Below, in pieces: positions 1 to 9,828 of a stretch of DNA of 24,000 nucleotides. The position numbers and the translations under genes were made by a program. This DNA is from Kistimonas sp. bin40 (lineage in GTDB: Bacteria; Pseudomonadota; Gammaproteobacteria; Pseudomonadales; Endozoicomonadaceae). The notes beneath the pieces were generated by a model. It ran no database searches, was not told where the DNA came from, and worked only from the letters and a program-made list of their open reading frames with translations. Position 1 is the stretch's first letter, and every line of letters begins with the position of its first letter. The stretch lies in the NCBI GenBank assembly GCA_002238585.1, contig MPMQ01000001.1, positions 117,771 through 141,770 on the forward strand, given 5' to 3'.

Positions 1-68
1 GCTTGAAAACACTGGTCCCGGCCCCCAGTTCACGGGGGCTCTCTCCGTTAACGCCAAGGGTTGTTGTA

Positions 69-944
69 ATGAAACGCGTCTTCCTCCTTCTTGCCACCAA
101 TCTGGCTGTGGTTCTGGTTCTTGGCCTGGTTACCAGCCTTGTGTTGCCCGCACTGGGCCTCAACACCCGTGGCTATGGTGGTTTGCTGGTATTCGCACTG
201 ATCTTTGGTTTTGGCGGAGCGTTCATTTCTTTGGCCATGTCTCGCTGGATGGCGGTTCAGTCGACCGGCGCCAGCATCATCGACCAGCCACGCAACCAGA
301 CAGAGTATTGGCTTATGGAGACGGTTGCCCGCCAGGCAGAGGCTCTGGGTGTCGCTATGCCCCAGGTGGCTACCTACGATTCTCCCGAAATCAATGCCTT
401 TGCAACCGGGCCGGGACGCAACAGCTCGCTGGTTGCTGTCAGCACCGGGTTGCTACATGCCATGAATCAGGATGAGGCCGAGGCTGTGCTGGCACATGAA
501 ATGTCGCACGTTGCCAACGGTGACATGGTCACCCTGACGCTGATTCAGGGAGTGGTGAACACTTTTGTTATCTTTATCGCACGCGCCATCGCCATGCTGG
601 TCGACAACGTCTTGCGTCGTGGTGATAACGAAGGAGAAGGCCTTGGTACCTTCGCCTACATGGGGTTGGTCTTCTTCCTGGAAATGATCCTGGGAATAGG
701 AGCCAGCATCATAGTGATGTGGTACTCCCGCCAGAGAGAGTATCGTGCTGACGAGGGGGGAGCGCGGCTGGCAGGACGTGAAAAGATGATAGCCGCACTC
801 AGGCGCTTGCAGCACGGTCATGAATCACAGCTGGACGGCTCTATGGCGGCCTTTGGCATCAACGGGAAAAGGAGTGTTGCAGAGCTGCTGCTCAGTCACC
901 CACCGCTGGAGAAGCGTATTGCTCATCTGCAAAGCCTGCGATAA
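69..944 (+). CDS. htpX: Zn-dependent membrane protease HtpX (peptidase M48)
   Basis: Track ORF 3..944. The internal ATG at 69 gives [19 protein letters not shown]..., collinear by eye with E. coli HtpX over its full length. HExxH zinc site [25 protein letters not shown] block and C-terminal SHPPLEKRI. The 22 codons upstream of 69 are not HtpX-like. Confidence 0.92.
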   Translation: MKRVFLLLATNLAVVLVLGLVTSLVLPALGLNTRGYGGLLVFALIFGFGGAFISLAMSRWMAVQSTGASIIDQPRNQTEYWLMETVARQAEALGVAMPQVATYDSPEINAFATGPGRNSSLVAVSTGLLHAMNQDEAEAVLAHEMSHVANGDMVTLTLIQGVVNTFVIFIARAIAMLVDNVLRRGDNEGEGLGTFAYMGLVFFLEMILGIGASIIVMWYSRQREYRADEGGARLAGREKMIAALRRLQHGHESQLDGSMAAFGINGKRSVAELLLSHPPLEKRIAHLQSLR

Positions 945-1181
945 GCGCGTCTTGTCCCGTCCAGGGCTGTCCTGATGCACGCAGACCGCTTTGACGGAGG
1001 GGCGGTGAGGGTCCCGGTCGAGGCCCGGATGGCAGCAGCCCCTGAGCAGCCAGGGCTTCAGGTGATTCATGTTGGCAGCGCGTACGGGGTGGCAGTCACC
1101 GCACGGGGCAGTGCGCACGCCTGGTACGCAGCCGCCTTGCGGTTTCCTGTGCCCCCGAGGACCGGGGCCAAAGAAACGCAA

Positions 1182-1538
1182 TCAATGCTTGTCGGCACAA
1201 TGGATACACAGGGTGGCACAAGGCATCACTTCCAGTCGCGCCAGCGCTATCTGGCAGTGACAGGTTCTGCACACACCATAGTCTCCGTCCTCAAGTCTCT
1301 GCAGTGCCCGCTGAATCAGGCGCAGTTCGTTGAGCGTTTCATTACCAAGCGCATCAATGACCTCATCATTTTCTCGCTCCTGCGCCTGTTCGGACCAGTC
1401 GGCATTGGCTTTGCGCATGGCGTCCTTCTTTATTTGTTCCAGCCGCTGACGCAGTGTCGCCTGGCGTGCTATGAGTTTGTCATAAAAGGGGGCATACTTC
1501 TCCAGAGTGGGGCCCGTATCTGTAGCTCGTTCTTTCAT
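1182..1538 (-). CDS. DksA/TraR-family C4-type zinc-finger protein
   Basis: Track ORF 1182..1649 (-). ATG at 1538 (MKERATD...) is preceded by GGAAG. A C-terminal CxxC-17-CxxC finger (CRTCHCQIALARLEVMPCATLCIHC) follows a coiled-coil-like segment. It is short (118 aa) with no obvious DxxDxA tip, so I do not call it dksA proper. Confidence 0.7.
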   Translation of the reverse strand: MKERATDTGPTLEKYAPFYDKLIARQATLRQRLEQIKKDAMRKANADWSEQAQERENDEVIDALGNETLNELRLIQRALQRLEDGDYGVCRTCHCQIALARLEVMPCATLCIHCADKH

Positions 1539-1846
1539 TGTCTTGTCTTCCGTTGTGCTGAGGATGGGACCTGCAGGTCGCACCACTGCTATTGGACTAT
1601 TGGGGAAAGCGAACGAATCCCGCTTTCCTTCTGAATTCCGGAAGGCCATGGGTCCCGTGCCAAAAGCCGGACCCGGCCGCCTCTCATGGCTGCCTGTGTC
1701 AGAAAAACATGACCTGCATCAATTCACCACACAGTCTTCTCCCGGGAAAATAACCTGCTGCGCGTCAAGCCTGGCACAGCCTGCCAGACGAGCTCCCATA
1801 CCCCAGTGCGAGGCAAGGAAAGCGCACCCGGGAGCAGGGAAACGGG

Positions 1847-1852
1847 TATAAT
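1847..1852 (+). promoter_or_regulatory. Candidate sigma70 -10 hexamer (TATAAT) upstream of ttcA
   Basis: Perfect TATAAT at 1847-1852, but no convincing -35. It overlaps the TTG start used by the ORF track, which argues for a downstream ATG start for ttcA. Confidence 0.3.
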
Positions 1853-1884
1853 TGAGCACTTTCACGCAATCAATAACGCCGACG

Positions 1885-2895
1885 ATGGTTACCACAAGCT
1901 CCGCTCCTACTTTTGACAGACGCCACATGGACAAAGTTCGCCGAAAGATTCGCCGACTCACAGGACGTGCCATCAAAGACTTCAGCATGATCCAGGAGGG
2001 CGACAGGGTGATGGTATGCCTGTCGGGGGGAAAGGATAGCTACACATTGCTACATATGCTGCTGGGGTTGCAACGAAGCGCACCGGCACACTTCGAGTTG
2101 GTCGCAGTAAACCTGAACCAGCAACAGCCTGGCTTTCCCGCCCATGTCCTGCCCGACTACCTGGAAGAGCTGGGCGTAAGCTATTACGTTGTCAATCGTG
2201 ACACCTGGTCGGTTGTCAAAAGCAGAATCCCGGAAGGCAAAACGGCCTGTGGCCTCTGCTCACGACTACGCCGGGGGGCACTTTACGCTTTTGCTGAACA
2301 AATAGGTGCGACACGGATTGCCCTGGGACATCACCAGGACGACATAGTGGAAACATTGTTCCTGAACATGTTCTACGGTGCCCGGCTCGCCGCCATGCCG
2401 CCCAAGCTGCGCTCGGATGATGGCCGCAATCTGGTGATCCGCCCACTGGCCTATTGCCGCGAGAAGGACATTGCGGCTTTTTCTGCACTCATGAACTTTC
2501 CGATTATTCCCTGCACGCTGTGCGGGTCCCAGGAGAACCTTCAGCGCCAGAATATCAAGGCCATGCTGGCGGAATGGGATACCAGTCACCCAGGACGCAT
2601 TGAATCTATTTTCAATGCCATGCAGAGCATCGCACCCTCCCAGATGGCCGACAGCAATCTGTTTGACTTTGCGTCTCTTGAAATAGACCGTAGTACACCG
2701 CGTCCGACCTGGGAGCACGCTGGCAACCAGATTGTGCAGCAGGGAGGGCCGTCCGGCGAGCAGGGGGCAGGCGAGTCTGACCGGATTGCCCTGCATTGTA
2801 TTGACGCCATGGAGCAGGCATCACAGCCCGCCGCAGAGGCATGCGGAAAGAGCAGTGCCCATGGCGCACCCGTTCAGGCCTGTCAGGCTGAGTAA
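1885..2895 (+). CDS. ttcA: tRNA 2-thiocytidine(32) synthetase TtcA (PP-loop ATPase)
   Basis: PP-loop [16 protein letters not shown], Cys motifs [10 protein letters not shown] and PCTLCGSQ, and LRRxxGxAIxDFxMIxEGDRxMV near the N-terminus as in E. coli TtcA. The start is ambiguous (TTG 1852, ATG 1885, ATG 1927). The ~65-aa C-terminal tail is low-complexity and not TtcA-like. Confidence 0.88.
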   Translation: MVTTSSAPTFDRRHMDKVRRKIRRLTGRAIKDFSMIQEGDRVMVCLSGGKDSYTLLHMLLGLQRSAPAHFELVAVNLNQQQPGFPAHVLPDYLEELGVSYYVVNRDTWSVVKSRIPEGKTACGLCSRLRRGALYAFAEQIGATRIALGHHQDDIVETLFLNMFYGARLAAMPPKLRSDDGRNLVIRPLAYCREKDIAAFSALMNFPIIPCTLCGSQENLQRQNIKAMLAEWDTSHPGRIESIFNAMQSIAPSQMADSNLFDFASLEIDRSTPRPTWEHAGNQIVQQGGPSGEQGAGESDRIALHCIDAMEQASQPAAEACGKSSAHGAPVQACQAE

Positions 2896-3259
2896 AATGC
2901 TGTGTGGCGATCCGGGCTGTCACTACGCGCGATGCCTTCCAGGTTGGCTGCGCCAGATTCGTTGGCGTGGCCTTTCTGGTGGTAAGCCTCCGGCTGTCTG
3001 TGAGCAGGAACCTGCGGGAGACTGTGTCTGGTACCAGACAGTCTTCCGGTGCGTTCACATCCGGTGCGGCAGGCTCTTCATCTCTGTGCGACGGGCATTT
3101 ACTGTCACCGGGTCCTGTAGCGGGTGCAGATTCACTGCGTTTCCCCCATAATACTCGCGCGCCGGAGCTGGCGACCGGGATTTCTCCCTGACTTCATCAA
3201 GTCTCTGGCTGCCTGGCACAGACCAGCAATGCACTGCTTCTAGCCCAAGGGAGGAGAAT

Positions 3260-4600
3260 ATGACGGCAGAACCCTACGATGTCCTGATTGTGGGTGGCGG
3301 CGTGTCCGGCACAGCTCTGCTGTATCAGCTGACACGCTATACGGATATTCAGCGTATTGCCCTGCTGGAGAAGTACGACAGCTTGGCACAGGTCAATTCC
3401 AGAAGCAGCAACAACAGTCAAACCATCCACTGTGGCGATATAGAAACCAACTACAGTCTGGAAAAAGCCCTCAAGGTCCAACGCACTGCCGCCATGCTGG
3501 TGAACTACGCCCAGTCTCTTCCTGCGCAAGAGCGCGATACCATTATATTCAAGCACTCCAAAATGGTACTGGGCGTTGGTGCTCGTGAATGTCAATTTCT
3601 ACGACAGCGCTTTGATGTCTTCAGCAAGCACTACAGCGGCATGCGATTAATGGAAAAGGACCAGATTGCTGAACTGGAGCCCCAGGTCGTTGCCGGCAGG
3701 CAGGGCGCTCAGGATGAAGAGCTGGTGGCACTGGCGGTGGTGGATGAGTACACGGCGGTTGACTTCCAGACGCTGTCCGACTCTTTTGTTCGCCAGGCAA
3801 AAGCCAGCGGCCGTGACCCGGCTGTTCACATGAACACCAAGGTCGAGAAGATGAGCCAGGAAGACAACGGCCTCTACCGGGTACACACCAACCGTGGCGA
3901 TTTCGTGACCCGTAGCCTTGTTGTCAGCGCTGGCGGTCACAGCCTGCTGTTTGCGCAGCAAATGGGCTTCGGATTGAATTTCTCCTGCCTTCCGGTGGCC
4001 GGCAGTTTTTACTTTACGCCTGCTGTTCTCAAGGGCAAGGTCTACACCGTCCAGAACGACAAGCTTCCTTTCGCTGCTATCCATGGTGACCCGGACGTAT
4101 GTGTACCGGGGAAAACGCGCTTTGGTCCTACAGCTCTGCTACTGCCTATGCTGGAGCGTTACAACAGCAGCACCATCCCTGAGTTCTTCAAGGTGTTGCG
4201 TCTGGATGCTTCGGTTCTCAAAGTGCTCTGGGATTTGATGCGCATTGCTGATATTCGCAACTATATTTTCAGGAACTTTCTCCTCGAGGTACCTTTCGTG
4301 CGCCGTCTCCTGTTTTTGCGTGACGCACGCAAGATAGTCCCGGGTTTGAAACTGAGCGACATTTCCTTTGCCAAGCGTTTTGGCGGCGTGCGTCCTCAAT
4401 TGATTGACAAGGAAAACAAAAAGCTCATGCTGGGCGAGGCCCGCATAGCACCGGGACAGGGGCTGATTTTCAATATGACGCCGTCTCCGGGGGGTACCAG
4501 CTGTCTCGGCAATGCAGAGAAAGATTTGCGTGAACTGGTGGCCTTCCTGGGAGCCAAGTTTGACGAGAACAGCTTTCGCCAAGAGCTGGAAAACAGCTGA
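3260..4600 (+). CDS. FAD-dependent oxidoreductase, Mqo-like (copy 1)
   Basis: 446 aa with SD GGAGG 5 nt upstream of the ATG. Rossmann FAD motif DVLIVGGGVSGTA. The blocks SSNNSQTIHCGDIETNY, LPVAGSFYF, LPFAAIHGDPD and NMTPSPGGTSCL are ones I recall from the ~450-aa Helicobacter-type malate:quinone oxidoreductase group (recollection, not a search). The CDS call is strong; the substrate assignment is weak. Confidence 0.8.
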   Translation: MTAEPYDVLIVGGGVSGTALLYQLTRYTDIQRIALLEKYDSLAQVNSRSSNNSQTIHCGDIETNYSLEKALKVQRTAAMLVNYAQSLPAQERDTIIFKHSKMVLGVGARECQFLRQRFDVFSKHYSGMRLMEKDQIAELEPQVVAGRQGAQDEELVALAVVDEYTAVDFQTLSDSFVRQAKASGRDPAVHMNTKVEKMSQEDNGLYRVHTNRGDFVTRSLVVSAGGHSLLFAQQMGFGLNFSCLPVAGSFYFTPAVLKGKVYTVQNDKLPFAAIHGDPDVCVPGKTRFGPTALLLPMLERYNSSTIPEFFKVLRLDASVLKVLWDLMRIADIRNYIFRNFLLEVPFVRRLLFLRDARKIVPGLKLSDISFAKRFGGVRPQLIDKENKKLMLGEARIAPGQGLIFNMTPSPGGTSCLGNAEKDLRELVAFLGAKFDENSFRQELENS

Positions 4601-4610
4601 ATTCCATCCT

Positions 4611-4640
4611 CCCCCTGTCTGAAAAAGCAGGGGGTTTGTG
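4611..4640 (+). terminator. Candidate rho-independent terminator after flavoprotein copy 1
   Basis: CCCCCTG (4611-4617) pairs with CAGGGGG (4628-4634), giving a 10-nt loop followed by TTTGTG. It starts 11 nt after the stop codon. The T-tract is short. Confidence 0.45.
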
Positions 4641-4853
4641 CATTCCTTCATCAAGGTTGAATCCCCAACGAGCCAGTGCTGTGCATTGGGCTATACTGCA
4701 AGCGCTCTTCAGGAAAAGCTTGTTTTCAGGCGGGCTTGTCTTCCCTTGCGACGGGGCTGCTTGTTACAGGACAGGTGTTGTTCAACCTGTCTGGCTGGCA
4801 GGTTTTTGTGTTGGTTTTCACGCCGCAACTCTTGATGATGGGAACGGTATGTC

Positions 4854-6479
4854 ATGCAAGTCTTGGGATTCGAACGCCTGATAATGGCCCTCCTTATGTT
4901 GGGACTCATTGCTGTGATGGGCTTCATTCTCTGGGATACTATCCGCCGCAGGAATTCGGGGCGACTCGCCGCATCGATTCTTTTGGCCACGCTGGGGCTG
5001 GGAGCCCTTGGCTTTGTTGTTATCCCTGCACAGCTGGAACGATCGACCGAAGAGTCGCCTCCGGGCCTCTGGCCTGCAGATCAGGCCCGGGAAAATATTG
5101 CGCACAACGCAGACGAGCGGGGTGAAGAAGCGGTCCCCTACGATGTGGTCATTGTCGGCGGAGGCGTATCGGGGACGGCCCTGCTGTACCAGTTGACGCG
5201 CTACACAGACGTTGCACGTGTTGCCCTGTTGGAGAAATACGACAGGCTGGCTCAGGTCAACTCCAGGAGCAGCAACAACAGTCAGACCATTCACTGTGGT
5301 GATATAGAAACCAACTACAGCCTGGAGAAGGCGCTCAGGGTCAAGCGCGCGGCCGCTATGCTGGTGAATTACGGTTTGGGCCTGCCGGCCGAAGAGCGTG
5401 ACGAGATTCTGTTCAAGTTCCCCAAAATGGTGCTGGGTGTCGGCGCCCGTGAGTGCGCGTTCTTGCGGCAGCGCTACGAGACATTCAGAGAACACTACAG
5501 CGGCATGCGACTGCTGGAAAAAGCCCAGATTGCTGAAGTGGAGCCTCTGGTGGTCGCCGGGCGGGAAGGAGAGCAGGACGAGGAGCTGGTCGCCCTGGCA
5601 GTGGTGGACGAGTACACGGCCGCGAATTACCAGAAGTTGTCCGACTCCTTCGTCCGCCAGGCGCAAAAGAGCGGACGGGCCCCGGCGATTCATATGGGCA
5701 CCAAGGTTGCGAAGATAGAAAAGGAAGAAAACGGCCTCTATCGTGTGCGCACCAATCGCGGTGACTTTCGCACACGCAGTCTTGTTGTCAGTGCTGGCGG
5801 GCATAGCTTGCTGTTTGCGCAACAAATGGGCCATGGACTGAATTTTTCCTGCCTTCCGGTGGCGGGCAGTTTCTACTTTGTGCCAGAAGTTCTCAGAGGA
5901 AAGGTCTACACCGTACAGAATGACAAGCTGCCCTTTGCAGCCATTCATGGTGACCCGGATGTGAGCGTGCCGGGCAAGACGCGCTTCGGCCCGACAGCCT
6001 TGCTGCTGCCCATGCTGGAGCGCTACAACAACAGTACCATCGGCGACTTTTTCCAGGTTCTGCATCTCGACTCCTCCGTCGCCGCAGTGCTCTGGGATCT
6101 GATGCGGGTCCCTGATATCCGCAACTACATTTTCAAAAATTTCATGTTTGAAATGCCGCTCATACAACGTCGCCTTTTTCTGCGCGATGCACGCAAGATA
6201 GTGCCGGGCTTACAGCTGGAAGATATCACCTTTGCCAAAGGGTTCGGTGGCATACGGCCCCAGCTGATTGACAGGGAAAAGAAGAAACTTCTACTGGGGG
6301 AAGCGCGCATCGCACCGGGAAACGGACTGATTTTCAATATGACGCCCTCTCCGGGAGGCACCAGCTGCCTGAGAAATGCAGAAAAGGACATGCGCGAACT
6401 GGTGACTTGGCTGGGTGCCAGTTTTGACCAGGAGGCCTTTCACAAAGACTTTTACCAGGAGCGGCAGCAGAGCCTGTGA
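4854..6479 (+). CDS. Fusion of a 2-TM small-membrane-protein module and an Mqo-like FAD-dependent oxidoreductase (copy 2)
   Basis: 541 aa. From PYDVVIVGGGVSGTA onward it is roughly 75-80% identical by eye to the 3260..4600 product. The first ~65 aa (two hydrophobic helices, MGFILWDTIRRRNSGR...LGLGALGFV) match the stand-alone ORF 12688..12888. No in-frame stop separates the modules, and I found no in-frame ATG or GTG close to the flavoprotein N-terminus. Confidence 0.8.
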   Translation: MQVLGFERLIMALLMLGLIAVMGFILWDTIRRRNSGRLAASILLATLGLGALGFVVIPAQLERSTEESPPGLWPADQARENIAHNADERGEEAVPYDVVIVGGGVSGTALLYQLTRYTDVARVALLEKYDRLAQVNSRSSNNSQTIHCGDIETNYSLEKALRVKRAAAMLVNYGLGLPAEERDEILFKFPKMVLGVGARECAFLRQRYETFREHYSGMRLLEKAQIAEVEPLVVAGREGEQDEELVALAVVDEYTAANYQKLSDSFVRQAQKSGRAPAIHMGTKVAKIEKEENGLYRVRTNRGDFRTRSLVVSAGGHSLLFAQQMGHGLNFSCLPVAGSFYFVPEVLRGKVYTVQNDKLPFAAIHGDPDVSVPGKTRFGPTALLLPMLERYNNSTIGDFFQVLHLDSSVAAVLWDLMRVPDIRNYIFKNFMFEMPLIQRRLFLRDARKIVPGLQLEDITFAKGFGGIRPQLIDREKKKLLLGEARIAPGNGLIFNMTPSPGGTSCLRNAEKDMRELVTWLGASFDQEAFHKDFYQERQQSL

Positions 6480-6513
6480 TGCAGTGTTTGGCCGGGAGTC
6501 CGGGGAACGGCAC

Positions 6514-6542
6514 TTGTTTCAGGGGAGGGCTTCGCCTAGAAT
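6514..6542 (+). promoter_or_regulatory. Candidate sigma70 promoter for rplU-rpmA
   Basis: TTGTTT (6514-6519), 17-nt spacer, TAGAAT (6537-6542), about 160 nt upstream of rplU. Confidence 0.35.
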
Positions 6543-6702
6543 GCGCGGGCCGCTGAGCTTGCGACAGGCAGAGGCCCTTTGTCATAAATCCGGATGACGC
6601 CGGTCACGAGGCACTGCCTTGTTGTCGTACAGTCGGTTTTAACCGCAAACGCCGCAGTGCGGCTGCCTTTGACAAAAAGGCTGGAACATGTCGGAGATAT
6701 CC

Positions 6703-7014
6703 ATGTACGCAGTAATAAAAACCGGTGGCAAGCAATACCGTGTCACTGAAGGCGACACCCTGAAAGTTGAGAAGCTCAGTGCCAATGAAGGGGACACTGT
6801 CGAAATTGACCAGGTTCTGATGCTGGCTTCGGGTGAAGAGGTCGCCATTGGCACACCTTTGATCGAAGGCGCCAGGGTTAGTGCCCAGGTCGTGACACAG
6901 GGGCGTGGCAAAAAGATCAATATTGTGAAATTCAAGCGCCGCAAGCACTACCACAGGCAGGCGGGTCACCGCCAGAGTTTCACAGAGATCAAGATTACCG
7001 GCATAACGAGCTGA
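6703..7014 (+). CDS. rplU: 50S ribosomal protein L21
   Basis: [18 protein letters not shown]... is the canonical L21 N-terminus. GGAG sits 6 nt upstream of ATG 6703. The track start at 6688 adds 5 atypical residues. Confidence 0.95.
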   Translation: MYAVIKTGGKQYRVTEGDTLKVEKLSANEGDTVEIDQVLMLASGEEVAIGTPLIEGARVSAQVVTQGRGKKINIVKFKRRKHYHRQAGHRQSFTEIKITGITS

Positions 7015-7026
7015 TGGGAGGCCGTC

Positions 7027-7284
7027 ATGGCACATAAGAAGGCGGGTGGAAGTACCCGTAATGGTCGAGATTCAGAAAGCAAACGTCTTGGCGTCAAGCG
7101 CTTTGGTGGCCAGGCAGTGATTGCCGGCAACATTCTGGTACGCCAGCGTGGCACCCGGTTTCATGCCGGGCATAACGTTGGACTTGGGCGGGATCATACG
7201 CTCTTTGCCAAAGCCGATGGCAAGGTTGTTTTCGAAACCCGTGGACCCCTGAAAAGAAAGTTTGTCAGCGTCACCACGGACTGA
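7027..7284 (+). CDS. rpmA: 50S ribosomal protein L27
   Basis: [24 protein letters not shown]... is the canonical L27 N-terminus. SD GGGAGG lies upstream, and the gene starts 12 nt after rplU. Confidence 0.96.
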   Translation: MAHKKAGGSTRNGRDSESKRLGVKRFGGQAVIAGNILVRQRGTRFHAGHNVGLGRDHTLFAKADGKVVFETRGPLKRKFVSVTTD

Positions 7285-7615
7285 CACAGGCCGCAGCGCG
7301 TGCAGCCATGTTCCTGGCCAATTGAAACTGGCTTCCGGGAAGTTGGGTATCAGGGCAGGCGATGACTGGGACCGACTGGATATTCCCTGGAAAAGGCTGG
7401 CATCAATCGCGGCGGGAGCTGCCCTTGGCCGATGTGGTGCCGAGGGGTTCTCCTTGGAGTAGGCGGCCTTGCTGCCGGGGGCGAAGGCGGGAGCTGGAGA
7501 CGTAGATGACAGCCATCAGTCTCCCCTGTGTACACTCCTGAAATCGTATCGTTTCTCATTTTGCACTCTCATTGCTACAGGCGCTGCCCCAGGCCAGTCT
7601 CTGCGGGAATTGTCC

Positions 7616-8694
7616 GGTGCGTTCATGTGTTGCCAACGTCCTTTGGGCAGCCTCCTTGTCACTTCCGTTGAGACGCTGTTCGGGTGTTTTCGTGATGGAG
7701 GTCGGCCGTGAGGTTGGTTGATGAAGCGCGCATCCGGGTCGAAGCGGGTTGTGGCGCAATGGATGCATCAGTAAGCGGTGCGTTCATGCGTCGCCAATGT
7801 TCTTGTGGGCTACCCTTTGCCAGCTTCCTTGATGCGCTGTTCGGGTTCTGGCGGTCGGTCGTGAAGCGGGTTGATGAAGCGCGCATCCGGGTCGAAGCAG
7901 GTTGTGGCGCAATGGGTGCATCAGTAAGCGGTGCGTTCATGTGTCGCCAATGTTCTTGTGGGGTACCCTTTGCCAGCTTCCTTGATGCGCTGTTCGGGTG
8001 ATGGCGGTCGGTCGTGAAGCGGGTTGATGAAGCGCGCATCCGGGTCGAAGCAGGTTGTGGCGCAATGGGTGCATCAGTAAGCGGTGCGTTCATGTGTCGC
8101 CAATGTTCTTGTGGGCTACCCTTTGCCAGCTTCCTTGATGCGCTGTTCGGGTGATGGCGGTCGGTCGTGAAGCGGGTTGATGAAGCGCGCATCCGGGTCG
8201 AAGCAGGGCGTGGTGGTGATGGATGTATCAGAAAACGGTGCGTTCATAGGCTACCAATGTCCTTGCGGGGAGCCCCTTGCCACTTCCCTTGAGGTGCTGC
8301 TCGGGTGATGGCGGTCGGTCGTGAAGCGGGTTGATGAAGCGCGTATCCATGTCGAAGCAGGTCATGGCGACAGTGGATGCCTCAGCAAGAGGTGCGTTCA
8401 TGGGCTACCAATGTCCTTGTGGGGTGCCCCTTGCCACTTCCCTTGAGGTGCTGCTCGGGTGATGGAGGTCGGTTGTGAAGCGGGTTGATGAAGCGCGTAT
8501 CCTGGTCGAAGCAGGTCGTGGCGGCAGTGGATGCATCAGCAAGAGGTGCTTTCATAGGCTACCAATGTCCTTGTGGGGTGCCCCTTGCCACTTCCCTTGA
8601 GACGCTGTTCGGATGATGGAGGTCGGTCGTGAAGTTTGTTGATGAAGCTCATATCCAGGTAGAAGCAGGTCGTGGCGGCAGTGGATGCATCAGT
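7616..8694 (+). repeat. Tandem array (153/154-bp unit, 6 full copies plus 1 partial) of the obg leader and first ~22 codons
   Basis: Unit starts (GTGAAGCGGGTTGATGAAGCGCG) are at 7708, 7861, 8014, 8167, 8321 and 8475. The genuine obg GTG is at 8629, and a partial leader-only copy begins at ~7616. Homology to obg ends after codon 22 (~8694). Confidence 0.95.
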
Positions 8695-9828
8695 TTTCGT
8701 CGGGAGAAATACGCTCCCCGGGGTGGTCCTGATGGTGGAAACGGCGGCTCAGGCGGTGACATTTATTTACAAGCGGATGATGATCTCAATACTCTGGTTG
8801 ACTACCGTTACACGCGCCGCTACAGCGCAGGCCACGGGGAACAAGGCCGCGGAGGAAACTGCACCGGGGCACAAGGCAACGACCTGGTACTGCGGGTTCC
8901 GACAGGAACGGCGGTGGTTGATGAAGAAGCCGGGGAGCTGCTGGGGGACCTGACGACAGTTGGCCAAAGATTGCTGGTAGCCAAGGGAGGGCGCAATGGT
9001 GTTGGCAATCACTGTTTCAAGTCCAGCACCAACCGCACGCCTCGCACAGCAACACCAGGACAGCCCGGGCAGGTGCGTCAACTCAAGCTGGAACTGAAAG
9101 TCATTGCTGACGTTGGTCTTCTGGGCATGCCCAATGCTGGAAAATCGACGTTGATACGGGCTGTATCCCATGCCAGACCCCGCGTGGCGGACTACCCGTT
9201 TACCACTTTGTTTCCCAGTCTGGGTGTTGTGCGTGTGCAACAGCACCGCAGCTTTGTCATGGCCGACATTCCTGGATTGATCGCAGGGGCTTCGCAGGGG
9301 GCCGGTCTGGGCATCCGCTTTCTGAAGCACCTTGTTCGATGTCGCGTATTGCTGCACCTTGTTGACATAGCGCCTATGGATGGTTCTGATCCTGTCGAGG
9401 CTGCCCGCACTATTATCCAGGAGCTGGAGACTTTCAGTCATTCCCTGGCAGTGCGGGAACGTTGGCTGGTTTTGAATAAAACGGATCTTCTGCCGGAGGA
9501 TGCCTGTGTTGACAGATGCGAGCGTCTTGTTGAAGCGCTGGACTGGAAAGGCCCTGTGTACAGGATTTCAGCCGAAACCCAACAGGGCATCGCACCCTTG
9601 AGTCAGGCCATTATGACCTGGATCGAAGAGCGTCGTTCCATGGAGAACGAGGACCCTGAGATGGCGCACACGGAAGCCCTCCAGCAAAAAACCATGGAGG
9701 AAGAGGCACGCTTGCGTATCCAGGACTACAATGCCAAGCGCAAGGCAGCCCGAGCAGCACAAGCTGAGGAGCCGTGTACGCAGGAGCAGGATGAGGCGTC
9801 TGACACCCAGGTGCTCTATGTGCCCTGA
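8629..9828 (+). CDS. obg: GTPase Obg/CgtA
   Basis: [44 protein letters not shown] (Obg fold), then G1 GMPNAGKST and [14 protein letters not shown], and an acidic C-terminal tail. GTG start with GGAGG 8 nt upstream. Conserved rplU-rpmA-obg order. Confidence 0.96.
   Translation: MKFVDEAHIQVEAGRGGSGCISFRREKYAPRGGPDGGNGGSGGDIYLQADDDLNTLVDYRYTRRYSAGHGEQGRGGNCTGAQGNDLVLRVPTGTAVVDEEAGELLGDLTTVGQRLLVAKGGRNGVGNHCFKSSTNRTPRTATPGQPGQVRQLKLELKVIADVGLLGMPNAGKSTLIRAVSHARPRVADYPFTTLFPSLGVVRVQQHRSFVMADIPGLIAGASQGAGLGIRFLKHLVRCRVLLHLVDIAPMDGSDPVEAARTIIQELETFSHSLAVRERWLVLNKTDLLPEDACVDRCERLVEALDWKGPVYRISAETQQGIAPLSQAIMTWIEERRSMENEDPEMAHTEALQQKTMEEEARLRIQDYNAKRKAARAAQAEEPCTQEQDEASDTQVLYVP

Noticed and set aside
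3046-3058. 13-nt identity TCCGGTGCGTTCA shared between 3046-3058 and the start of the obg-leader repeat (7613-7625)
   Set aside because: A few 13-mer coincidences are expected by chance in a 24-kb window when both strands are considered. No extended similarity flanks it.
4818-6167. 449-aa minus-strand ORF
   Set aside because: It is antisense to flavoprotein copy 2. The plus-strand product has a conserved Rossmann motif and a full-length paralogue. I take it to be a shadow ORF, as often arises opposite a real gene in moderately GC-rich DNA.
7396-7509. 37-codon minus-strand ORF (MAVIYVSSSRLRPRQQGRLLQGEPLGTTSAKGSSRRD) with a GGGGAG SD-like sequence, between rpmA and the obg array
   Set aside because: It is too short and compositionally unremarkable to support without conservation or expression data. 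It is noted only because of the good SD spacing.
7659-8192. 177-aa minus-strand ORF with a 51-aa internal periodicity (MNAPLTDAPIAPQPASTRMRASSTRFTTDRHHPNSASRKLAKG...)
   Set aside because: It is the antisense translation of the 153-bp (3 x 51) obg-leader array. The frame stays open only because the unit length is a multiple of three in the first copies. The composition is not protein-like, and the frame closes where the period becomes 154.
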